Virus record (IMG/VR): IMGVR_UViG_3300046779_000879
Location: 32,001-96,000 of that record
Direction: 5' to 3' (one strand)
DNA length: 64,000 nucleotides
Source of the DNA: a virus
The notes under the pieces: model-generated
Told to the model about the DNA's origin: nothing
Databases searched by the model: none
The model's input: only the letters and a program-made list of their open reading frames with translations
Position numbers and translations under genes: made by a program
Shown: positions 56,389 through 64,000 of the stretch, one piece after another
Numbering within the stretch: position 1 is the stretch's first letter
How the letters are laid out: each line of letters opens with the position of its first letter

Positions 56389-56767
56389 GTTTCGCTTCCT
56401 CAAGTAATTTCTTTAGCTCATCTTCTGTAAATACCCATACACGACCAATAAAGTGATGTACGTCTGCATCGACATCTCGTTTCTTAGTGAAAGATGTTTT
56501 TTTAATTATCTCTCTTGCAAGATTGCGAGACAAGTTTTCTTTAATCTCATCTGCATATGTTGGAACAGTATCTTTAAGTTTCATCAACTCAAACTCTGTA
56601 ACTTTATGCTCAACAGTCAGAAGATTTAACTCATGTCGTTCCATCAAATCTTCTACAGCAGTTGGTGGTACAGATATCGTTCCATAAGTTGTAGCAGAGG
56701 TTTTGATAGATCCAACAGTCAGTGAATCAATAGGTGTAGTAATAGGTGTAGTAATAGTAGTAATCAT
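56381..56767 (-). CDS. hypothetical protein
   Basis: 128-aa ORF inside the modification operon. Confidence 0.65.
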   Translation of the reverse strand: MITTITTPITTPIDSLTVGSIKTSATTYGTISVPPTAVEDLMERHELNLLTVEHKVTEFELMKLKDTVPTYADEIKENLSRNLAREIIKKTSFTKKRDVDADVHHFIGRVWVFTEDELKKLLEEAKHA

Positions 56768-57783
56768 GCGAACATCTCCAATCCATTTAATATAGGTTCT
56801 TCATCATCGAACAGCCACTCTAGATTTTCTAGACGACCTGTTCTTACAAAACTTGAAAATCTTTCTTTATCAATACCACGTTTGTGGTCTAAACGCAAGT
56901 CAATTGTTTCTTCTCTAGCTTGCCATAAAACATTCCAGTCAATACCATACCATCCATCGGACTCAGCTTTGATAATTTCTTCTGCTTGTCTATCAAGATA
57001 GTATCCAAGATACCTTCCGTGATTCTCTCTAAAGATTTTCTTAAAAGAACACAGACAGGTTTCCATGGTAAAGTAATCTATACTCGATGAGAGTTCTGGA
57101 AATCTCGCTTTCGTCTCTGCAAGAATCTCTTTGGCTTGTGACTCAAGATTTCCATACTCTGATGCAGTGAGTTTTCTATCCACACTGTCTTCTTGTCCGA
57201 TGGCATAAAGTAATCCATTACGATGAGAGCGAGAGCCATCATAATCGTCCAGCATGAGAGAAGTAGGATTGATCCGAACACCAGCGGTATGCTTAAGATG
57301 CTGAAGATAAAACCAAGTACTGTAACGACCAAACTTATGCAAGCCAGACTTAACGCTTTGCCACAAGTTATCAAAGTTCGCTTCCTCATTGTGTCCATAG
57401 TAACTTTCCAATCTCTCTCGTTGTGTTCTTCCACCAATAAATTGTTGATAAGATGCGAACATGGCTGGAAGATGTCCCTTGTTCCATTTTGTGTCAGTCT
57501 GATAACGCAGACGTTTGTAGTTGGTTGTGTTCCACTGAGTGGTTCTGTCCACTGTGGCAAGTTCAAAGTCAGGAAACTCATTCATTAATACCCATGCAGT
57601 TGGGAGTTGATATGTGTTACCATATAACCAGCATAACCAAAGTTTCTGCTCATCATTATGTTCATATCGTTTGTTGAGATAGTTCGTACACCAAACTGCT
57701 GGATCGCAGTCATCATACTTTAATGACCACACATACCAACGAATGAACGCTTCCCTACGATTTTGTTCTAAGCGATAATCCAT
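56764..57783 (-). CDS. amino acid:DNA transferase (aGPT-Pplase2 family, glycosylase fold)
   Basis: D.DP, WL..LYGNTY, FGRYSTWFYLQ, METCLCSFKK, RYLGYY.DR. Confidence 0.78.
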   Translation of the reverse strand: MDYRLEQNRREAFIRWYVWSLKYDDCDPAVWCTNYLNKRYEHNDEQKLWLCWLYGNTYQLPTAWVLMNEFPDFELATVDRTTQWNTTNYKRLRYQTDTKWNKGHLPAMFASYQQFIGGRTQRERLESYYGHNEEANFDNLWQSVKSGLHKFGRYSTWFYLQHLKHTAGVRINPTSLMLDDYDGSRSHRNGLLYAIGQEDSVDRKLTASEYGNLESQAKEILAETKARFPELSSSIDYFTMETCLCSFKKIFRENHGRYLGYYLDRQAEEIIKAESDGWYGIDWNVLWQAREETIDLRLDHKRGIDKERFSSFVRTGRLENLEWLFDDEEPILNGLEMFA

Positions 57784-58424
57784 TATACTAAAAATTCTTC
57801 AAGCGAGGGTTGTTCCATTAATGCATCACGCAACCATGCTTTACCGACAGCGTCAATTGCTGCTTGCGTTTTTGCTTTCTTTTTGTCTCCCCACTTATAT
57901 GTTTCTAATGCTTCCGAACGGAATTGATCTCTTGCCTTATAAGGTGGCAGAGCCGAGATTGGATTTGCGATAGCAGCAGCTCTAAATGCGAGTTGCTCAT
58001 TACGAGTGGGGAATAGAGTTTGGTCAGAGCGGAGACTACCTGTGGGGTCAACTGCCCAGAAGATGAGACCATTTCTGTAATGCCAAGTGACTGAAGATGG
58101 CGTACAAGATATTTTAAGTCTTTTAGATTTTCGCTCTTCAACTGCATACCTAATCCAAGATTCCCAACATTTGCTGGCATATCCATTTCCCTCTTTCCCT
58201 TCCAACGTGACTATTTCATACAAATTGGCATATCCATCACGATTGTGTGTGGCAAAAATTAAAGAAACAACTTCTCCATTAACTTCATACGCAAGCGGAG
58301 GTGCTTTGTCATAGTTATGAAAGCGATACCACAATGAATGTGCAGCCGATAAGAACTTGGTGTTCTTACCAGCTGGACTAGTTTTAATTAACTCTTCAAC
58401 TCTCGTTGAATTAACAAAGTTCAT
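57783..58424 (-). CDS. GNAT-like acetyltransferase
   Basis: LYEIVT..EGNGYAS (motif A-like), S..WHYRNG. Confidence 0.6.
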   Translation of the reverse strand: MNFVNSTRVEELIKTSPAGKNTKFLSAAHSLWYRFHNYDKAPPLAYEVNGEVVSLIFATHNRDGYANLYEIVTLEGKEGNGYASKCWESWIRYAVEERKSKRLKISCTPSSVTWHYRNGLIFWAVDPTGSLRSDQTLFPTRNEQLAFRAAAIANPISALPPYKARDQFRSEALETYKWGDKKKAKTQAAIDAVGKAWLRDALMEQPSLEEFLV

Positions 58425-59103
58425 ATTGTAAGTCCACCGCATCTTCAATGACTTCTTTTTCAATAGTCATTGCGAGTTGGTCATCAAATGTAATGTAATG
58501 ATTCATCAAAGTATGAATCGGCAATCCTGGAACTTCTGCTCGTTTTGGAACATCAGCAGTAGAAGTAATTATACAACCATTTGAGATATTTGTCAAGTAT
58601 AATGGACGCTTACCATTGCGATAGAATCTAATAACTTTATCAACATGCAACTCAATTACTGCAAGACTAGAATCTTTCCAACGAACCAATGGACTAATAC
58701 AATCTTCTGCCGTATGCAAAATCAATTCAGTATCGTTTTTAGTTTCGCAATCATATCCATAGAGTTCTTTCCATTTCTCAGGCAACTCTTGAGTAATAAC
58801 TCCATTGTGGACTACCGAAAGATTCTCATTGGCGATGGGTTGATTGAATTCTAAGTCACTGGTACTATAGCGACAGTGACCAATTAGATAAAGACTACCA
58901 TCTTCATTGACATAACTCGGAAAGTTAAATGGAAATTGATCGGCAGGTACTGGTCGCTTCTCAGTGATAATCTTTCCATGTTTAACATAGGAGATTCCAG
59001 TGGCATGCATCCCTCGAATCTTAGACTCAAGGAACACACGATGAAGCATTAAGAAATCCTCGGCACGAGGTTCTTTAATAATTGCTCCAATGACTGAACA
59101 CAT
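58411..59103 (-). CDS. class II (Ntn) glutamine amidotransferase, stand-alone
   Basis: Cys2, RG.HATG, GHCRYST, NQP, HNGVI, NDTE, RPL. Confidence 0.9.
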   Translation of the reverse strand: MCSVIGAIIKEPRAEDFLMLHRVFLESKIRGMHATGISYVKHGKIITEKRPVPADQFPFNFPSYVNEDGSLYLIGHCRYSTSDLEFNQPIANENLSVVHNGVITQELPEKWKELYGYDCETKNDTELILHTAEDCISPLVRWKDSSLAVIELHVDKVIRFYRNGKRPLYLTNISNGCIITSTADVPKRAEVPGLPIHTLMNHYITFDDQLAMTIEKEVIEDAVDLQYELC

Positions 59104-60428
59104 TAGAAGAATCCTTCAAGTGAGTTTGACTTTTGCGATTCTGGATGATACTTCATCAATGTATCGTGTCCAAGTTTACTCTCAAGATATTCATACCACT
59201 CATCAGATTCCCACATTGAAGGGCTGACACCATTCCAAAGATGTCGCTGAGAACCATCTTCATATTTTTGATCTGGGTGTTCTTTGTTAAGTCTGCGTTG
59301 TTCAACAAAGTCATAACGGCAGTCTTCGTATTGTTTAGAACCCAACTCAAGCATTTTCTCACGGAAGTAAACAACCAATGAGATTCGTTCTGCTTCTTCA
59401 TCAAGCAATTCAATCTGAGTATTGCCATGCATAACTTCATGGTTGTTAATTAGTAGCAAATCTCCAGGTCTTGGATTGACAGCAACACGATACTCTGGTG
59501 CAACAAGATAACATCCTTTGTAGTTACCATTGTTTGTTAGAGTCAACAGATTTGATAGACCAGAAGTTAAGTCACCTGCATCGTAGTGACATGCAGTTCT
59601 GAAAGATTTATTAACTGTAATAGTAGTAAATGGAGTTCCAGGAACTAAGAATGCAGGATCTAGTTTCTTTGCTGCTTCCATTTGATTATTGTATCTCCAT
59701 GGCAACAAGTCTTTGAAACCTTGCGCAAGTTGCTGGAGGAATGGATATGACATGGCAAACTTTACTGGCTCACGAGCAGTATAAGATGTTGCACGACCAT
59801 AAGGAATGCGAGGATAACGATCGAACCATCCAGCAATACCAGACATAACACCATTGGCATAGGTAGTTGCACAAACATATGCTTTCTCTACTCGTCTGGC
59901 TTCAGCAATCATTTCAGATGCATCTAATTTACGAACTTTCTCGACCCATTCATTGAAGACAAAATTGTCTTTCTTAACTGCTTGAATACCCCAAACATTA
60001 TTTCGTGTAGATGGTTTGTCAGTCTTACCTTGATGTTTGGCTTTAATGGCTTCAATTGGATCTCCATCCAAAGATGCTTTTGGGTTTAAGAAGTAGTCAA
60101 TGATTTCTGATTCATATTCAGTGACCCATTCACGATTACCCAATTTCTCTGCTCTTGGACCTGCAGCCATACCTCTGTTTTGAGTTTCAGTTGCAGCCTC
60201 ACGCAAACCAATGTATGCTTGATCTTGTTGTTCCTTTGTAAAATAATTCTTACGGAACTTCAGAACAATCCTTTCTTCAGAGTATGTCAACTCTGGATGT
60301 CCAGGAATTTCTGGCATATAAACATCACAGTCCTCTTCAATGAGGAAATCATAATGAGACTCATCAGGAAATTGTCCCAACATATGAGTCATATCATGTT
60401 TCTGTTTTGCTACGATTACCTTAGTCAT
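59103..60428 (-). CDS. TET/JBP-family 2OG-Fe(II) dioxygenase
   Basis: FTTITVN..RTACHYDAGD...HGNT...RISLVVYFRE. Confidence 0.85.
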   Translation of the reverse strand: MTKVIVAKQKHDMTHMLGQFPDESHYDFLIEEDCDVYMPEIPGHPELTYSEERIVLKFRKNYFTKEQQDQAYIGLREAATETQNRGMAAGPRAEKLGNREWVTEYESEIIDYFLNPKASLDGDPIEAIKAKHQGKTDKPSTRNNVWGIQAVKKDNFVFNEWVEKVRKLDASEMIAEARRVEKAYVCATTYANGVMSGIAGWFDRYPRIPYGRATSYTAREPVKFAMSYPFLQQLAQGFKDLLPWRYNNQMEAAKKLDPAFLVPGTPFTTITVNKSFRTACHYDAGDLTSGLSNLLTLTNNGNYKGCYLVAPEYRVAVNPRPGDLLLINNHEVMHGNTQIELLDEEAERISLVVYFREKMLELGSKQYEDCRYDFVEQRRLNKEHPDQKYEDGSQRHLWNGVSPSMWESDEWYEYLESKLGHDTLMKYHPESQKSNSLEGFF

Positions 60429-60436
60429 ATTCTCTC

Positions 60437-61837
60437 CTAAAACTTAAATCCATTAAAACTCTCTGTACTATGTATGCGTTTGCCAAAAGCAGATTTATCA
60501 AACATTGGACCATCATCTTTATCTTGACCAGCATCAGACAAACCAGTCTGTGCAGACGCTTCAACATCATAGAGTTTCATCTTTGCTCTATCAATCCCAA
60601 TTACGAATCTCTTGTAGAAACTTGGATCGTTATAACGATTCTTTAATTGCTTAACGATAATCTGATTTAACTCCTCAAGTTCTTCGTTGCTGACCAAAGC
60701 AAACATAAAGTCAGCAGTTGCAGGCAGACCAAAAGATTCAGATGTATCTTCAAGTCCTGGATCGCTGTTAGTGAAACCACCACGAGTAGTTTGAGTGGCA
60801 GATACAATTGGAACATTATACTCAACTGCTAGACCACGCAACTCTTCAGCAATGCTCTTAATATATGTATAAGAGTTAATACTTCCACCTTGTTTCATTC
60901 TTTGACTCGCACAAATATTCAAATAGTCAATAAAAATAATATCAGGTCTAAACTCTTTCTTCAATTTCAATTCTTCCAACAAAGCACGGAAGTGACCAGC
61001 ATGAGCACCAGCAGTTGGATACTCTTTGATGATAAACTTACCTGTACTCTTTTTGGCGATCTTATCAATTCTAGTTTCGTAAATATCTCTATCAATAACC
61101 TTCAACTCGTCCATGGTCAGATTTAACAGATTCGCATCAACACGTTCAGCGATTCGTTCTTCTGCCATTTCCATAGTTATGTATAAGGCATTTTTACCCT
61201 GCGTCAAAACTCCTGCAGCCATGTGACACATGAACAATGATTTGCCAACACCAGTACCAGCCAATGCGATGTTTAGGGTTTTCTTTGAAAGTCCACCCTT
61301 GGTGATTTTATTGAACATGTCAAGGTCGAAAGGAATCTTCTCTTCAACCCTGTGATAAAAATCAAACCTCGCATGATGGTCATCGATGTAGTCATGACCA
61401 ATGTGATTATCAAAAGAAACAGCCAGTGCGTCAGATAGAATAGAAGGAATCGCATCTTTAGAATTTACCTTATCACCACCATCAATAATTTTAATCGAAC
61501 CTAAGATGGCATTATAAACGGCACGATCCTTACAAAACTTCTCAGTGTTCTCAAGCATCCAGTCTTCGTTGACTGGTTCATGAGACATTGTGTTGATATA
61601 CTCAGTTAGTTCAGATAATTCTTTATCTGTAAGATCCTTACGATTCGAAACTTCAATCGTAAGAATTTCTTTTGTGGCTGGTTTGTTGTACTTGCTGAAG
61701 AAGTCTACAAGTTCGTTTGCTAGGATTGCTTCTTTTTTATCCGAGAAGTATTCTCGTTTGATAAATGGGATTACCTTACGGCAGTACTGCTCATCATAAA
61801 TCAGATTGCTCAGAATTTTTTGTTCTATTCTCATCAA
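60437..61837 (-). CDS. 41: replicative helicase (gp41)
   Basis: AGTGVGKS, ITMEMAEE, IDYLNI, SATQTTR, SESFGLP, QLKNRY. Confidence 0.97.
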   Translation of the reverse strand: MMRIEQKILSNLIYDEQYCRKVIPFIKREYFSDKKEAILANELVDFFSKYNKPATKEILTIEVSNRKDLTDKELSELTEYINTMSHEPVNEDWMLENTEKFCKDRAVYNAILGSIKIIDGGDKVNSKDAIPSILSDALAVSFDNHIGHDYIDDHHARFDFYHRVEEKIPFDLDMFNKITKGGLSKKTLNIALAGTGVGKSLFMCHMAAGVLTQGKNALYITMEMAEERIAERVDANLLNLTMDELKVIDRDIYETRIDKIAKKSTGKFIIKEYPTAGAHAGHFRALLEELKLKKEFRPDIIFIDYLNICASQRMKQGGSINSYTYIKSIAEELRGLAVEYNVPIVSATQTTRGGFTNSDPGLEDTSESFGLPATADFMFALVSNEELEELNQIIVKQLKNRYNDPSFYKRFVIGIDRAKMKLYDVEASAQTGLSDAGQDKDDGPMFDKSAFGKRIHSTESFNGFKF

Positions 61838-62126
61838 CTCCGCCTGTGTATGTCAAATTATTTCGTTCAATACCTTCATAGATTAACTCTTGTAGAATAT
61901 CTCCAATATATTGCTCGAATGATGCTTTATCGGTTAAATCTTTATCATCGTCATCAATGATATCATATTCGAAACGAAGATGAATATTATCAGTTGTTTC
62001 ATTTTCATCGAATTGAACTTTACCGTAAGTATAGATTATACCCTCAAAAGCACCTTCTGTCAACTTTATTGCTTGGAGTCCATCTTGTTTAGAATCCAAC
62101 ACAACGTAACGTGGGTTACTCATCAA
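61794..62126 (-). CDS. hypothetical protein between uvsX and 41 (gp40 position)
   Basis: synteny only. Confidence 0.6.
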   Translation of the reverse strand: MMSNPRYVVLDSKQDGLQAIKLTEGAFEGIIYTYGKVQFDENETTDNIHLRFEYDIIDDDDKDLTDKASFEQYIGDILQELIYEGIERNNLTYTGGVDENRTKNSEQSDL

Positions 62127-63189
62127 ACTCTAACTCTTCTAATGCTTTATCAAGTTCATCTTCTTGCATCATTTGACCACCCTGACCGATTGAATACTTA
62201 CTCTTTACAAAATCATAGAATGACTTACTTGTAAGAATTGACAACCAGAAATCTTTTGAGTCTGTTTCTTTGATACGATATTTCTTATCTTCTACTTCGC
62301 CAGTCTCAGGGTCACATTTGGAATACCATCCGTTGCTTGGCTTAACCACATGCTTGGATTCAAGAGCAAGGTCAAGTAGACCAGACCACTTACTAAGACC
62401 ACCATCAAAAGATACGCTAACAGGTATCTTAGATTTTTCTTTAACATAACGACTCTTCTCTACGTTGATAATAAAATTGTAACCAACAATCTCAGCACCT
62501 TCTTTTTCTTGCTGACGTCCAAGGATATAGACATTGTCTGCTGAATACATTGCGCCAGTACCACCACCAACAATTGCTTTCGGGAACATACCAATTTCCA
62601 TGTAGGTATGATTCACAACTACCAATGGAATGTCTTTAAGGTTCAAGTGTGGAGTTACCATACGGAACAATGACTTCATCTGCTTTGCACGAGTCATATC
62701 AGCTGCAGACTTACCTTCCAATGCATCTTCAACTTCTTTCTTAGAAGCCAGATTACCGATCGAGTCAATGACGATGATAAGATGATCACCACGATCTACA
62801 CTTTGTAGTTGTTGCATGATGTCGAACTTCAATTGCTCAACGTCAGTGAGTGGAGTATGAACAACACGCTTTGTATCAATACCAAATGTATCGAAGTAAG
62901 ACTGTGGAGTACCAAACTCTGAATCATAGAACAACAAAGCTGCATCTTCATACTTGTCCATGTATGACTTAGCCATTAGCAAAGAGAATGCTGTCTTGAA
63001 GTGTTTACTTGGACCAGCCCACATTGTAATACCTGGAGTCAAACCACCATCTAAGCGACCAGATAAAGCCACATTGATAATAGGAACTGAAGTGGGAATC
63101 ATGTCTTTCTTTTTGAAGAACTTTGATTCAGAGAGAATAGCAGAGTCTTTAATCGTACTATTTTTTTTGATTTTATCTAGAATGCTCAT
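62116..63189 (-). CDS. uvsX: RecA-like recombinase UvsX
   Basis: AGPSKHFKT, YDSEFG, IDSIGNLAS, EKSR. Confidence 0.97.
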   Translation of the reverse strand: MSILDKIKKNSTIKDSAILSESKFFKKKDMIPTSVPIINVALSGRLDGGLTPGITMWAGPSKHFKTAFSLLMAKSYMDKYEDAALLFYDSEFGTPQSYFDTFGIDTKRVVHTPLTDVEQLKFDIMQQLQSVDRGDHLIIVIDSIGNLASKKEVEDALEGKSAADMTRAKQMKSLFRMVTPHLNLKDIPLVVVNHTYMEIGMFPKAIVGGGTGAMYSADNVYILGRQQEKEGAEIVGYNFIINVEKSRYVKEKSKIPVSVSFDGGLSKWSGLLDLALESKHVVKPSNGWYSKCDPETGEVEDKKYRIKETDSKDFWLSILTSKSFYDFVKSKYSIGQGGQMMQEDELDKALEELEFDE

Positions 63190-63216
63190 TGTGTTTATCC
63201 TTTACGTAATATTAGT

Positions 63217-63245
63217 ATTATACAGTGTTTATATTTGCAAGACAA
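63217..63245 (-). promoter_or_regulatory. sigma70-type promoter
   Basis: TTGTCT-N17-TATAAT. Confidence 0.75.
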
Positions 63246-63250
63246 TTTAA

Positions 63251-64000
63251 TTATCCAAAGAAATCTTCCAATGAACTTTCTTCTTGTGTCTTCCAACCCA
63301 GTGGTTCAATAACAATTTGTAGAGCATCCAAGAATACTTTCTCAAACTGTTTGTCATAATCTATGTATGATTCCAATCCAAACTCCTTTGGAAGAACTTG
63401 AGGGAATGCAATAACATCTTCTTGAAGTGGGTTTGGTGTCTTAACATAAACGAATTTAATCTTGTCACCATCACGAATAGGTTGATACCTTTTATCAATA
63501 CCGAATCGTTTGCAGTGATGATTGAATAATAAAGCACCACGAACATGAATCGGTGTTCCTTTGGCATACACTGGCGAACCAGCATACTGTTTGATACCAT
63601 TGACACCACGAGGGAATGCAATCTCTTCAACAGGAAGTTTCTCGAACTCTTTCTTAAAGTCCATAACATACTTATGCAGAACTTTTTGGTCACCGAGCAG
63701 AATGACATCAATGGAGTCTTTTAGTTTGTCACGAATCACTGCAGGTGTAGATGACTTGACCATTTCAAGACCCATCACCTTGACTTTAGGTTTTGCAAAC
63801 TGGACACCCTCAGAGTTATGCACATTGATAACATATCGCTTCTTAGCAGTCCAGATGGCTTTGTCGGCTAGAACTTCTCGCTTCATTACCATCTTTTGCG
63901 AATACGCATTCATGTACTCGGCTAGTTCTTGATAACCAGTATCAATAAATGGCTGAAAAATATCTTCACATATCTTGTCCATGAATTTGATTTTCTCTTC
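63251..64000 (-). CDS. 43: family B DNA polymerase gp43, C-terminal part
   Basis: KKRY, MGLEMVKSSTP, clamp-binding tail SLEDFF; gene runs off the window edge. Confidence 0.97.
   Translation of the reverse strand, partial: EEKIKFMDKICEDIFQPFIDTGYQELAEYMNAYSQKMVMKREVLADKAIWTAKKRYVINVHNSEGVQFAKPKVKVMGLEMVKSSTPAVIRDKLKDSIDVILLGDQKVLHKYVMDFKKEFEKLPVEEIAFPRGVNGIKQYAGSPVYAKGTPIHVRGALLFNHHCKRFGIDKRYQPIRDGDKIKFVYVKTPNPLQEDVIAFPQVLPKEFGLESYIDYDKQFEKVFLDALQIVIEPLGWKTQEESSLEDFFG

Noticed and set aside
1226-63932. All plus-strand ORFs in the track
   Set aside because: They are antisense shadows of well-supported minus-strand genes, with no recognisable motifs.

Overview
A 64-kb segment of a large, AT-rich T4-like (Tevenvirinae-type) myophage genome; every credible gene is on the minus strand. 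The host is probably an aquatic proteobacterium (inferred from the ahpC/ahpD pair and plcP-agt-like genes). In transcription order (right to left): DNA polymerase gp43 C-terminus, uvsX, gp41 helicase; a DNA hypermodification cluster (TET/JBP dioxygenase, class II glutamine amidotransferase, GNAT, amino acid:DNA transferase, P-loop kinase) followed by two PD-(D/E)xK nuclease-like genes; late/virion genes with T4-style capsid-targeting N-termini, Dps, an Ig-like protein and spanins; primase, thyX and nrdA/nrdB interleaved with 2OG-Fe(II) oxygenases; Bax-inhibitor-1, fatty-acid desaturase and a GIY-YIG nuclease; an exported Cys-repeat/membrane module; early genes, rnh, dCMP deaminase and ahpCD; 14 tRNAs plus two structured RNAs; and a plcP-glycosyltransferase pair. 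The two strongest candidates for new biology are (1) a leader-peptide attenuator (1:2/2:3/3:4 hairpins) upstream of the tRNA array, whose codons sample 13 of the 14 phage tRNAs, and (2) the TET-initiated hypermodification operon with an amidotransferase and an acetyltransferase. All family calls come from motifs recognised by eye; no searches were run.
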